Below are positions 27,292-37,573 of a stretch of DNA of 64,000 nucleotides, one piece after another (position 1 is the first letter of the stretch; the number at the start of each line of letters is the position of its first letter). The DNA comes from a virus. The stretch lies in IMG/VR virus record IMGVR_UViG_3300009165_000006; one strand, given 5' to 3'. The position numbers were made by a program, and so were the translations under genes. Under the pieces are notes generated by a model. It was not told the origin of the DNA and made no database searches. It saw only the letters and a program-made list of their open reading frames with translations.

Positions 27292-27997
27292 GATTACCAC
27301 CAACTGGTATCACTATCAGTTAACGGTAAAAGAGCCTCAAGATTACGTAGCATTTCAGGTTTTGGAGGGCGGACTTGAGAGTTTGGAGGGCGGACTTGAC
27401 CGCAAACTAATTGTGGTCTTTAGTACCATTAGGCTAAGTAATGACGGGGAGACCTTATACCATGGGGTCAACCTCAGAGAAGACCTGGAGAACTTCCATG
27501 AGAAGATATTCGATGAAGCCAAGCGCCAGAACGATTGGGTTAAGCAGAAGATACAACGGGAAGTTGAGAGCGCCGAAGCAATCCAAAGTTGCAATCGGAT
27601 CCTTCAACAACTAAAAAACGACTTCCCAACCTATGCCAAGTCCATATTGATTGGGCTGTCGTCTCCTGAGGGGCCTAAGTTCAGCTTGGGGCTCCACGGA
27701 CTTACGGAAGATCGGATCCGTCAAATTCTAAACCTGATCGGGTCACCTTCGATGTACGCAATAATTGGAATTTACTCTGATAAACCTACCATTTGGGGTA
27801 TCGGAGGCACTCCAGATGAGGCCCTAGCTGATGCTCAGAGTAACGGCTTCCAGATATCCAACTGGAGCATCATCCCAATCACCGACGATCAAGTTCGAAT
27901 GATCACCAAGAAGGGGGCCGAGGGTACGGATCCTAGAGCCATTGGAATCGAGCTAGCTGAAAAAGATTGGTTGAACTTAGGATACCGTCGCGCGTAA
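27197..27997 (+). CDS. hypothetical protein
   Basis: 266-aa ORF, ATG start. Confidence 0.65.
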   Translation: MTYYSDPVKDSEAQSIVTQIQARLAEVGLKSEITTNWYHYQLTVKEPQDYVAFQVLEGGLESLEGGLDRKLIVVFSTIRLSNDGETLYHGVNLREDLENFHEKIFDEAKRQNDWVKQKIQREVESAEAIQSCNRILQQLKNDFPTYAKSILIGLSSPEGPKFSLGLHGLTEDRIRQILNLIGSPSMYAIIGIYSDKPTIWGIGGTPDEALADAQSNGFQISNWSIIPITDDQVRMITKKGAEGTDPRAIGIELAEKDWLNLGYRRA

Positions 27998-28169
27998 TAG
28001 GTCCCATACCACTTCACGAACGCATTGCGAAAGCTCTAGGTTGGACGGTCAATGAGACCCAGAGCTTCTCGTTGGCTTCGTTAAGGGATCTGGTTCGTCC
28101 AATCTCTTTGAAGTTGGCCGCTGAGATCACTCAAGCCATCGAGACTGGATCCTACCTTGTAAGCTAATC

Positions 28170-28682
28170 ATGGTCCTTTTCCGCGATATCCCCCTGTTCC
28201 CTCGGGCTCACTACGAGATCGACGTGGATTGGAACTTCCTCGAAAAGTTCATTAGCAATGCCATCAAAGAGGACGGGCTCAACCTTGACCCCGACTTCCA
28301 ACGAGCCCACGTGTGGACTCGGGAACAACAGGTGGCCTACGTCGAGTACATCTTGAAGGGTGGCGAGGTAGGCCGTAATCTAACCTTCAACGCAAAGGGT
28401 TGGGGGTACGATCTTGTAACCGGGTCGTATGAGATCGTGGATGGAAAGCAAAGGCTCGAAGCGGCTCGAGCCTTCCTTCGGGATGACTTTCCAGTCTTTG
28501 GGCACTACCGATCGGAGTATACGGATCGGATGCGGCTCCACGCTGGCTTCAAGTGGCGGATTTGCTCCCTCGAAACTCGAGAGGAAGTCCTCCAACTCTA
28601 CCTCAATATCAATGCCGGTGGGACCCCTCATACGCAAGAGGAACTTGACCGAGTTCGCCACATGCTGCGTTCACGTTCATAG
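28170..28682 (+). CDS. DUF262 (ParB-like/GmrSD N-terminal type) domain protein
   Basis: DPDFQRAHVWTREQQVAYVEYIL and IVDGKQRLEA match the DUF262 FQR..vW / DGQQR blocks. No DUF1524-type nuclease half is present. Confidence 0.6.
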   Translation: MVLFRDIPLFPRAHYEIDVDWNFLEKFISNAIKEDGLNLDPDFQRAHVWTREQQVAYVEYILKGGEVGRNLTFNAKGWGYDLVTGSYEIVDGKQRLEAARAFLRDDFPVFGHYRSEYTDRMRLHAGFKWRICSLETREEVLQLYLNINAGGTPHTQEELDRVRHMLRSRS

Positions 28683-28837
28683 AAGACTCTGGCATCACCG
28701 TCGGACTCATCGAGGCGGTAAGGCACAGAACTCCCGTGCCTCGGCTCCTAAGGGGCTGTTGCCGAGGGTATCTCTTACCTGGATCGCCTCCTGACCCTTC
28801 TCGCGCCCCAGGAAGTACTCGACAAACGTAAAGACCA

Positions 28838-29098
28838 ATGATCTCTCAACTAGCTAATCAACTGTCCTATGCCTTCCTGGGGCTCTCGTTCCTCGTCCTA
28901 TGCACTTGCTTCTGGATGCTCCGGAAAGCTCATAAGCATTTGACCAGAGTCACCAAGATGGCTGCTCCTTGGTGGTTTCTTGAAAGTAAGAAAACTCGGA
29001 TGCTTCCAGATGGGTACCACGAGTTGGCCAATACCCCTGTCGGCGATGCAAGAAAAACCCGAATACTTCCAGTCGGATGCTATGAGAGATCTTCTTGA
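28838..29098 (+). CDS. hypothetical membrane protein
   Basis: 86-aa ORF with N-terminal helix LSYAFLGLSFLVLCTCFWML. Confidence 0.4.
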   Translation: MISQLANQLSYAFLGLSFLVLCTCFWMLRKAHKHLTRVTKMAAPWWFLESKKTRMLPDGYHELANTPVGDARKTRILPVGCYERSS

Positions 29099-29161
29099 GT
29101 CAGAGCTCAGGTAGTGCAGGTGTATGGGATAACGAATCGTCGTAGTCTTGAAGGCAGGCCT

Positions 29162-29497
29162 ATGTGGGCATTATTCAGAAGGAAGCCGAATGAGGATCCC
29201 GTTGAGTACCCTCGCATAGCTAAGATCAAGATCCACCCTCTACGCTGCCACACCTGTGGGGAGTCTTTGAAAGATGGGGACTTAGCTGTATGGTCCGAGA
29301 AGAAGAATGGGTGGAAGGGGGAAATGTCTCACGCTCGATGTGTAGTTTTCATCAGGCACCCTGACTCTTCAACTACCAGACTCGATGGGAGATCAATCAG
29401 AACCGATGGGAGAGGGGGCATCCTAGAACCACTTCCGAAAGGATCTCTGCTCCTGACCGTATCCGAGTGGGAGCATTGGTCGAATATGGCTGACTAG
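29162..29497 (+). CDS. hypothetical protein
   Basis: ATG at 29162 within track ORF 29114..29497. Confidence 0.5.
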   Translation: MWALFRRKPNEDPVEYPRIAKIKIHPLRCHTCGESLKDGDLAVWSEKKNGWKGEMSHARCVVFIRHPDSSTTRLDGRSIRTDGRGGILEPLPKGSLLLTVSEWEHWSNMAD

Positions 29498-29690
29498 ACG
29501 CCTCGCCCGCGCCTTGAAGACTCGAGGTGAGGGCCAACCCCAGAAGGCCAGTGGTTGGACGGTTGGTACTCGGAGCAAGAGGTCTCGTAAGTCAACCTAA
29601 TTACTTGCGAAACTAGGTTGTTAAGGTGTCTTGACTTTTCCACCTCATTCAGGCAACGGTAAGATCTGCTCGAGGAGTCCACCAGGTCAA

Positions 29691-29963
29691 ATGCCAAACT
29701 CACCAAATGATTCTAAGCTAACCATCGGGCAGCCGCGTTCGGAATCCCTCAGCATCCTGACAATCTTCGAGCATCCACTGGACTACCCTACCAAGTACGT
29801 AGTCCGAGAGTTCATTGTGGATGTCGACGGGAAGCTCTATGCTCGAAAGGCGTGCAATCTCGCTGATACTTTAGAGGGCGCCCGCCTACTGATCCCTCCA
29901 GGACGTGTTTGCGTTCAAGAACCAAACACCAAAGAGTTACCAGCCGTGGAGTCCTGGATATGA
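29691..29963 (+). CDS. hypothetical protein
   Basis: ATG at 29691 within track ORF 29631..29963. Confidence 0.5.
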   Translation: MPNSPNDSKLTIGQPRSESLSILTIFEHPLDYPTKYVVREFIVDVDGKLYARKACNLADTLEGARLLIPPGRVCVQEPNTKELPAVESWI

Positions 29964-30376
29964 AATTCGATGCACCTTACGAAGCTCTATTCCTTCTTCC
30001 AGAGCCTATTTGCAAGTCCTGTGGGACCAAGATTCCACGAGACTCTGAGAAGTGCCCCAAGTGTGGATCCCTCTTCGAGTGGTCCCTTCGTGAGAAGCTA
30101 GCTACTGCAGCGATCTTGTCCTACGTTGCTGCTGAGGTTGTCAAAGAAGAGGCGGACCGAGTTCTTCGTGAGTTCAAGGCTCGTAAGTGGTGCAAGCAGC
30201 ATGGATTTCAACGCACTCTTACTTTGCCAAAAGATGGTAGGGAAATCGTGGTCTGCATTCACTGTCTTGCTCATGCGATGATGCAACCGGCTCGGATCTC
30301 TACTGTCCCCGCGTCCCAAAGTGACACGCGAGCAACTCATGGCGAAGAGCAAGACCCGAACAAGTCTCAAGCCTGA
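29960..30376 (+). CDS. zinc-ribbon protein
   Basis: ATGA overlap with the previous stop. CKSCG...CPKCG ribbon. Confidence 0.55.
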   Translation: MKFDAPYEALFLLPEPICKSCGTKIPRDSEKCPKCGSLFEWSLREKLATAAILSYVAAEVVKEEADRVLREFKARKWCKQHGFQRTLTLPKDGREIVVCIHCLAHAMMQPARISTVPASQSDTRATHGEEQDPNKSQA

Positions 30377-30542
30377 ACCCACTCCCAAGCAACTCAAAAC
30401 TCTTTGGGATGCCATCGTCGCTTGGCGGAACGAGCACGAAGTGAGTTGCCCGGAGGCCCTTGTACAAATTGATTCCGTCAACGAGGGCCTACCGATCCTT
30501 GCTGAGAATGCACTGAATATCGTGGGCTATTGGGGCGAGTAG
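30321..30542 (+). CDS. hypothetical protein
   Basis: 73-aa ORF overlapping the previous gene. Start uncertain. Confidence 0.4.
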   Translation: MTREQLMAKSKTRTSLKPEPTPKQLKTLWDAIVAWRNEHEVSCPEALVQIDSVNEGLPILAENALNIVGYWGE

Positions 30543-30669
30543 TCTGATTGTCTTGACCGGGGAGCTGAACTCGTTCGAAAGTTTCACTTTACTGGCTATC
30601 TCGAATAGTGTAGACCCGAACCCCACAAAAAGGGCAGGGTGTCTAGGATTCGAGTAGAAAGGAACGAGC

Positions 30670-33301
30670 ATGGCCGAAGGTAAGAAGGAACTAGTACTAG
30701 TAAACAACGAGTTTGCATGGGTGAAGGATCTGTCAGGGGGTATGATTTGTGTATTGCGGTCCCCACAAGGAGCCGCTATCCGTAGACTCTGTGATTGTGA
30801 TCCAGAATGCGAATAGAGAGTTCGTTCCGATCGGTGGGGACCAACTGAAGGGGCAGACTTTCGTCCAAGCTCTGGAATCCCAGTACATCATCCTACACAA
30901 TCCCGAGACTCCCGGTGCTCGACTGATGACTCGAGGGAAGAACGAAGCCATAGCTCTCCAAACCGGTAAGTGCATCGTCAAACGTGGTCCATGCGAGTTC
31001 CCTCTTTGGCCTGGTCAGCAAGCGGAGGTTGTTGACGGCCATCGCATGACTTCGGACCAGTTCCTTCGAATTCGAGTAGTGGGGGAAGTGGCTCCTGACG
31101 ACGTCAAGGCTCTTCAGTTGTTACTCAAGGAGGACTGGCTCACCTCAAAGCCCATGCCTCAGCCCGTCAAAGCCGAGGAGCCTGCGGGTCTTTTCATCAT
31201 GGCCAGTGCATCCAAGGATCCGGAACCCGTAGAGGATGAGGTCAAGCTACCCGAGCTAACCATCGGCTCTGAGTGGATTGTCCGCGGAATGAAGACCAAG
31301 TTCTTCATTCCTCCTACTGGGGTTACGGTCCTCCCTGCTAATGACCGTGTGACCATAGGGGAAGACCCTTATGTGATGAATGGCGTTCCGCTCGATGCTG
31401 ATGAGTACGTCATTCTGAAGAACCGCAGTGGTCGAATCAGCTACGTTCTAGGCCCAACAACAGTCACCCCCTGCGAAGACCAAGAGTTTCAAGAATCTAA
31501 CAGTGGGTCTCACAACCCAGTCTTCAAGGCCCAAAGTATCGACGAAAACAGCGGTGTTCTACTCCGAACCCTGTTCCCGATGACTCGCAAGACGATCCAA
31601 GAACGTATGGGCTTGGATGTTCAAGTCCAATTTACTCCAATTGCCAACCCCAATGAGGACGGAGAGGAAAGCGATAGGAGAACACCTTCCTCTGATGAGG
31701 TATTACCTCCAGGGACTCAACTTGTCGTTTGGCGGGAGAAGCGATTGGTCTTCCCGGCGGATGGTATCCAGATCATCAAGAAGTTTGAGGCCATCCACAT
31801 TCTAGCGGGTACTGCTCGGTACGTGAAGAACTCGCTGACGGGTAGAACTCGAATCGTGCAAGGGGAATGTCTATACCTAGCTGATCCCCGATGTGAGGAG
31901 TTCACCAGCCGTCGTCTGACCAAAGAGATGATCGGACTCTGGCTTCCGGGGCAAACCTTCGAGACTTACAACCCCGAACTGGTTCCCTGCATTACCGTTC
32001 CTCAGGGTACGGCCGCCATGATCCTCAAGCGAGGAATTGGCTCAAACACTCGCAAGACCATCATTGGTTATGCCACTTACTTTCTGGAGTGGGACGAGAC
32101 CCTCTGCGAGATGAAGCTCTCGACCTCGCGGGGTGGAGAAGCCAAGACCTATCAGAATGCAATCAAGATCTGCTACCTCTGGATGAAGTCCAATCGAATT
32201 AACGATGCTCTACTGGATGGACGTACCCGGGAGGATTGTGAGTTCTCGATCCAATACACCCTGACGGTTGACTTCGAGGAGGAGCACAATGACTCCTGGT
32301 TCAACGTCGATGACTATGTGTTTCTCGTCTGTGAAGAGGTTCGCTCACGTCTACGCGGAGGTCTCCTTGCTACCTCCATCAGCGAATTGTCCACAAACTA
32401 CGTCGAGATCATCCGAGACATAGTTCTCGGCATGAAGCCCAGTGTACCGCTTAAGAGTGAAGACCCACTAGCCAGGCTAGAAGCCTATACCATACCTCAC
32501 CGCCCAGGAATCGAGTTCCCGAGGTTCGGAGCTCGACTGGTCGACATCAACATCAATGCCTTCAGTATTCGAGATCCAGAACTGCAGGGGCAGCTCCGCC
32601 AACTTCAGATGGCGGGGATCAACGAGTCTGTTCGAACTCGAACAGCTCAGATCATCTTAGATGGGGCTCGAATTCGAGCGGAGATTGAGAGGAACCAAGC
32701 CACCCTTGCCACGGAGACCACCAAGTTCAAGAAGGGTCAGGAGCTTATAAACACTGAGGTGGCTGAAGAGACCACTCGTAAGAAAGGTCAGCAAGAGCAT
32801 CAAACGGCCCTTGCTTACTTGGAAGCGGAAAAGGCTCGGTTATTGGCTGAAGCAAGTAAGAACCTTGAGGTAGCTGCGAAGAATGACGAGCTATCGAAAT
32901 CTCAGCTAACTACTCAAGCTACTCTTGCAGATCTTGGACTCAAGATCACCGAGCTCAAGAAGCTGACTGATCTTGCAGTTCTCGAAGTAACTAGCAAGAA
33001 TATGGAGCTCAAACGTCAAGACGAAACCGAAAAGGTGAAGGCAACTGCCGAGGCCGCTGCTATCGTCAACAACTCGGTCTTACCGACTCTCGGGGCACAC
33101 CTGGCGGAGATTCGAGACTCCCTCGTTGCAGACAAGCTGGTTAGTGCCTTCGGTGCAGCGGCAAGCTTCCGAGGCGTGGAAGTCGTCGAGCTTGCTGCTC
33201 AGACCCTCAGCTCGTTACCCGGTTTGGGATCTGTTCTTGGTCGACTACGTCGGAATCCTTCACGGAATGAAGGCCAGGGTAGCCCTCAAGCGACTAGATA
33301 A
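30670..33301 (+). CDS. major vault protein (MVP)-like protein; N-terminal 26 codons in a different frame (+1 shift near 30746-30752)
   Basis: Track ORF 30749..33301 (GTG start). QYIILHNPE...CEFPLWPGQ parallels MVP [9 protein letters not shown]...DPFPLYPGE. The shoulder-like DDYVFLVCEEVRSRLRG and the long C-terminal coiled coil parallel the MVP shoulder and cap-helix. ATG 30670 ORF (MAEGKKELVLVNNEFAWVKDLSGGMI) aligns with the MVP N-terminus. Confidence 0.75.
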
Positions 33302-33304
33302 TCA

Positions 33305-33607
33305 CTACTCGGTGGGCTGAATCATAGCCCCTTCGGTATTCAGTACTGAGGGGGCTGTTGGTCTCTTACCTCTACAACACTTGCAACCCTTCTGCTTAAC
33401 TAGGTTGTTCGTCTGACGTACACTGACCGTCACGATGGCCCCACAGACGAGACAGAGAGCCTTCCAGAAGGACCAGTCAGCATTCGGTCCCTCTCCAGCG
33501 ATCTTGATCAGCTCGTAGGGGCCGAACACTTCCCCCTTGTGACGTTTCCTCGGGTCATAGTTTCTCTTGAGAATAAGGGGTTTTCTCTCATCTGTGGACA
33601 TCGACAT
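33305..33607 (-). CDS. Cys-rich hypothetical protein
   Basis: 100-aa ORF. CLVCG...CKCC motifs. Confidence 0.55.
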   Translation of the reverse strand: MSMSTDERKPLILKRNYDPRKRHKGEVFGPYELIKIAGEGPNADWSFWKALCLVCGAIVTVSVRQTNNLVKQKGCKCCRGKRPTAPSVLNTEGAMIQPTE

Positions 33608-33652
33608 GTGTGCTTACTACACCAATTGATGTGATGTCGAATCCGGAGACCT

Positions 33653-34033
33653 ATGTCCGAAAAACTAGTAATCCCTGCTAAAACTGAACTGATTGTTCTC
33701 CCCGCGGATGCCCACGAGAAAAGGACCTTTGGGTTCGTTGTGCACGAATGGAATGGAGTTCCTCTTCATTCCATTCTCGACGGCAAGATTGTGAAAAAGC
33801 CCGTACCCACAACCGAAGATCTGGTTGTAGGTCATGACTATGCAGCCTGCGGCCTCAGTGGCTATCTGCTCTGGACCGTTGGCAAGGATGCCGATGGAGA
33901 GCTCCACATCACCTGTGGGCCCTACCTGATTGGGTGCCTTGAACGTGGCAGGGATGAGCGCAATTGCTGGGTGGTCACCGGGATGATCAATACTCGGGGG
34001 CTCACGAAGATTAAGAAGGCTTATTCAACTTAG
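33653..34033 (+). CDS. hypothetical protein
   Basis: 126-aa ORF, ATG start. Confidence 0.6.
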   Translation: MSEKLVIPAKTELIVLPADAHEKRTFGFVVHEWNGVPLHSILDGKIVKKPVPTTEDLVVGHDYAACGLSGYLLWTVGKDADGELHITCGPYLIGCLERGRDERNCWVVTGMINTRGLTKIKKAYST

Positions 34034-34245
34034 ACTGTTGGTTTCTTCCAGCCTTCTTGTGCTCGGATCTGTAAGACCTGCGCAATCGAAAGCTTCCCAA
34101 GTTCGGTAGGCCAGCCTTGATCTTGACAATACTTCAGGGCGAAAGCATGACGAGCATCGAGGATTACTTTCGCCCGGTCAGCATCTTCTTGAGTCCCGTG
34201 AGTGGTTACAGATCCAAGGTTACCAGGAAGCTTTATGGTCGGCAT
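34030..34245 (-). CDS. hypothetical protein
   Basis: 71-aa ORF, convergent with the previous gene. Confidence 0.5.
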   Translation of the reverse strand: MPTIKLPGNLGSVTTHGTQEDADRAKVILDARHAFALKYCQDQGWPTELGKLSIAQVLQIRAQEGWKKPTV

Positions 34246-34248
34246 AGT

Positions 34249-34548
34249 TCAGGTTTTCTTGATGTTAGCGTTGTCAAGCGCTTGCTGGACGATCAGCTCA
34301 GCCGCTTCGATCATCGAAAGTCCCGTTGCCCATGACGGTCGTGCATTTTCAGAACACCAGTCCTGTAGTGCTATCACTCCATCTCCCATGTCATGAGCTC
34401 CGTAAGGTGGAACCTCCATCGGTGGCTCCTTGCCTATGAGGACCTTGAGTGCCTCCCGGAAGTAGTTGAGCGCCCCCTCAACATTGCGGCTCTGACCTTT
34501 TCGACCTGAATTCATATGTGTCCTCGAGCTCGACCCCAATCCAACCAT
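34249..34548 (-). CDS. hypothetical protein
   Basis: 99-aa ORF. Confidence 0.5.
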   Translation of the reverse strand: MVGLGSSSRTHMNSGRKGQSRNVEGALNYFREALKVLIGKEPPMEVPPYGAHDMGDGVIALQDWCSENARPSWATGLSMIEAAELIVQQALDNANIKKT

Positions 34549-35486
34549 GCCTGAGTAATCAAATCAAGCTTCCCCTCCATCTCTTCCGTACAAGGATTCT
34601 CTTTTGTAATAGCCTGTAAGGCTGGACCCCACCAGTCTGGGTTATCTCGTAGCTCCTCCAGAATGATTGGGACCACAGGCATGCCCATCTGGATGACTTT
34701 TTGATAGGCTTTGTGGTTCAGGTCAATGGCGGACAATACTTGGGCGTCTTTCTTCCAACTGTCTCTGAGAGCTCTGAAGGAAAGACGCAACGTGATCTTG
34801 GTCTGCAGAGCTTCGAACCTGTTAGCTACCTCCTTTAAACCAAGAGCTCTCCACAGAAGCTGGCGAGTATTTGCCCCCTCGACCCCAGTAGCAAGCTTCG
34901 GGCAGTCATAGAGCAGCCTAGCCATCTCGAGCAGGTCATTGTCGTCCTTAGCTTGACTGAAATGAGCCTCGAGAGATCCATTAGGCGCTCTCGATTCAGA
35001 ATAAGGTTTCTCCTCCCGAAGGTACAAAAGATCTGCCCACAGGTCCTCCAAGAGCCTTCTCTCAGTGTTGTTGAGTCCTGGCCAAAGTCTCTCATCTCGA
35101 CTTACGAGCTTAACACTCTCAGGTTTCTCCAGATTCGGATCTGTTCTAAAAGCATCCCCCAACTTGATGAGGTTGGCAGCACTCTCATAGAAAATTGGTG
35201 AGAGTAGTATTGGCATCTTGGAGTTAGACGTAGGGGTTTTGGGAAGATTCTGGATGACTCTCATCTTACCTTCCTTGGTCAGCTTCCACGCTGACCAAGG
35301 ATAGACAACTCGTTCAACGTACCCATTCAAAATCAGATAGTTCAAGTATGTTTCCGTCTTACCCTCATCTTGAGGGCTTACGACTATGAAGATGGTGTCT
35401 GGATCCATCCTTTTTTGAATCCAATCAGCACCAATCTGGTCTAGTAGGTTAGTAGCGCCCTCACGGATCTCCTCGATCGTCATCAT
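34512..35486 (-). CDS. hypothetical protein
   Basis: 324-aa ORF, ATG start. Confidence 0.7.
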   Translation of the reverse strand: MMTIEEIREGATNLLDQIGADWIQKRMDPDTIFIVVSPQDEGKTETYLNYLILNGYVERVVYPWSAWKLTKEGKMRVIQNLPKTPTSNSKMPILLSPIFYESAANLIKLGDAFRTDPNLEKPESVKLVSRDERLWPGLNNTERRLLEDLWADLLYLREEKPYSESRAPNGSLEAHFSQAKDDNDLLEMARLLYDCPKLATGVEGANTRQLLWRALGLKEVANRFEALQTKITLRLSFRALRDSWKKDAQVLSAIDLNHKAYQKVIQMGMPVVPIILEELRDNPDWWGPALQAITKENPCTEEMEGKLDLITQAWLDWGRARGHI

Positions 35487-35549
35487 TGTGCGCTTTTACT
35501 TCATGTGGTAAGATGTTTCAAGCTGAGAAGTAAAGGTTTGGCGCATAAT

Positions 35550-35831
35550 ATGGCAACCATCAATTTGACCACGCAGTTGTTCGAGGGTTTGACCGACCAA
35601 GAGGTCAATGAGCTTCAGGCATGGGCTGAAGGCGTAGTGCTTCGAGGAGAGTTCCCGCCCAAGCACCCAGACACGATCGAACAATGGTTTGTAAGTTTCG
35701 GTTATGACGCGGATCATCGGCTACTAGTATTCTCCACTGCGCTGCCCCAACGGGTCCTCTTGTCCCTGCTGAAGCGGAAGGATGAGCAGATCTCCAAACT
35801 CTGTGAGTTAATTCACATGCCTATCGAGTAG
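35550..35831 (+). CDS. hypothetical protein
   Basis: ATG at 35550 directly preceded by GCATAAT. Track ORF 35505..35831. Confidence 0.5.
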   Translation: MATINLTTQLFEGLTDQEVNELQAWAEGVVLRGEFPPKHPDTIEQWFVSFGYDADHRLLVFSTALPQRVLLSLLKRKDEQISKLCELIHMPIE

Positions 35832-35902
35832 TGTCACCAAGGTGTAGTGAGTGCCGTCCAATCACTGGTCGACGCACTCGACTTGGCAACAGGAGTACCG
35901 AC

Positions 35903-36223
35903 ATGAGAAATCAAGATCTGATGAAGCGAGTTAAAGGACCCGTCGATGTCCCCAATGAGCCTCACTTCGCAATCCTCATCTATGCAACCCGGAGCATCTA
36001 TCACGAGGGAGATGAACGCTCACGCACTTGCCCAGGTCACGGATACCCAGCTCATACGGAAACGCTCGATGCGTTTGAGCACTGGGTGACGACCGAAAAG
36101 TCCTACCTCGAAGAGTTCATCACCGAACTTGATGCCCGAACCGGGTACGACAAGAAGCCTTACGTCATTCTGGAGGTGACCAAGAAAGGTAGCGTGGCTA
36201 GGAGCACCACGGTTCAGTTCTAA
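35903..36223 (+). CDS. hypothetical protein
   Basis: ATG at 35903 with AGGAG 7 nt upstream. Track ORF 35831..36223. Confidence 0.6.
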   Translation: MRNQDLMKRVKGPVDVPNEPHFAILIYATRSIYHEGDERSRTCPGHGYPAHTETLDAFEHWVTTEKSYLEEFITELDARTGYDKKPYVILEVTKKGSVARSTTVQF

Positions 36224-36636
36224 TGGTCCGCCCAGGTTGGCTCCAAGTAGGGCTTCATCTTCGATCGAAAGAAACGCCGAACGACCTCTTCCGAGTCACG
36301 AAGATCGTTCAGGAGTTCGTCGAGCTCGAGGGGATCAACCACCCAGAGGACAATAAACACAGAACGAAAATCGACTACCTCCATGCCTTCTATTGGGCTC
36401 CGGACTACTTCGAATGTGATGACTGTCGACGCAAGCCTGGGGCCCCTACTCTATGTTCTGATTGCCTCAGACGAAGAGAGGAGTTTTACAGTAATGGTAG
36501 GCTTAAATGTGAGCTACCTCGCTTCTGTTCTAAACCTTACAATGGGTACCCGGCGGTTTACCTCCCAATGGGGCTTTCTAATGATGACGTACCAGTTGTG
36601 AGATTGTCTAGATATCAGAGAAAGTGGGTAGTCTAG
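36223..36636 (+). CDS. hypothetical protein with C-terminal RYxR tail
   Basis: TAATG overlap with the previous gene. Ends ...VVRLSRYQRKWVV*. Confidence 0.6.
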   Translation: MVRPGWLQVGLHLRSKETPNDLFRVTKIVQEFVELEGINHPEDNKHRTKIDYLHAFYWAPDYFECDDCRRKPGAPTLCSDCLRRREEFYSNGRLKCELPRFCSKPYNGYPAVYLPMGLSNDDVPVVRLSRYQRKWVV

Positions 36637-36654
36637 CTGTGGTGTATTCAATGA

Positions 36655-37135
36655 GTGCCGTTCAACAACATCTTGGACTTCGTTGAAGGCCCGATGGGGC
36701 TGAACTGGACTCTCCTGCCGGTCCAGCGCTTCATTTTGAAGCTATACTACGGGATTGAACTCAATACCTCCGAGCGTCGGATCCAGATCTTTGATCCATT
36801 TCAGGAGACGCTTCGATACAGTCTTTCTGAAGACGACTACTTGAGCTACCTCTTTGAAGAAGGTCGGTGCAACGTCCAGGACCAGTCATTGCTGCCCCGT
36901 CCTGGCCTTGTCCTAGCTGCTGGGCGCAGGACGGGGAAGAGCACCTTGGCAGAGCTAACCGCCAGCTACACGGTCATCCAGCTGCTTCAATTGGGGAACG
37001 CTCATGAGGCCTTTGGTGCTTCGAATCCCAACCTGGGAGGTTCAAGTTCTCCCCAGTGGGTTCCTACGCGAGGAGTTCATGCGGGATCCTCATCGATTCT
37101 GGACTGAGTATGGGGCTGAGTTCGCTCCCAGGTAG
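36655..37135 (+). pseudogene. terminase large subunit-like fragment (N-terminal Walker A segment plus frame-shifted short tail)
   Basis: LLPVQRFILKLYYG and Walker A LAAGRRTGKST are typical of TerL N-termini. After about 120 aa the sense continues in the +1 frame (...LPSGFLREEFMRDPHRFWTEYGAEFAPR*). No Walker B or nuclease domain is present. Confidence 0.45.
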
Positions 37136-37151
37136 CTCAGACACGTTAGGA

Positions 37152-37475
37152 TCAATCTCCGGGTTTAATAGCCTCTCTGATGCCTTCAAGAATCTGAGAC
37201 AGAATGCTGTCTTCTAAGCTTTCGAGGGCTATGAGCAACGATCCGGCGCGTTGGGCTATCAAGTGGATCATATCCTTGGCGTATCTCGCAGTCCATCCAT
37301 GCTTACCCCAAGCATCCATCGCTTCTTTAGTTCGATAGACGAAGATCTCAGACGGTTCCCCTCTATCCAATATGGCGGAACCCCATACTCTCTGTATGAC
37401 AACAACCGCGTGAGTTAGAGTGTCATTTGCACCGAATCTCGTTTGAAGAGCTACGTCACAGCCACCTGGAAGCAT
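37152..37475 (-). CDS. hypothetical protein
   Basis: 107-aa ORF, ATG start. Confidence 0.55.
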   Translation of the reverse strand: MLPGGCDVALQTRFGANDTLTHAVVVIQRVWGSAILDRGEPSEIFVYRTKEAMDAWGKHGWTARYAKDMIHLIAQRAGSLLIALESLEDSILSQILEGIREAIKPGD

Positions 37476-37573
37476 GTCACGTTCCTTGGGTCTACGGGAA
37501 TAGTTAGGACAAAAGACGACTTGTGACAGGCTGCTTAACCAAATACGTCAAGGAACCGGATAACCATTGGTTC

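Noticed and set aside
27967-28167. 66-aa ORF between 27197..27997 and the DUF262 gene.
   Set aside because: It has only a TTG start, overlaps the upstream gene end, and has no motif. Left unannotated.
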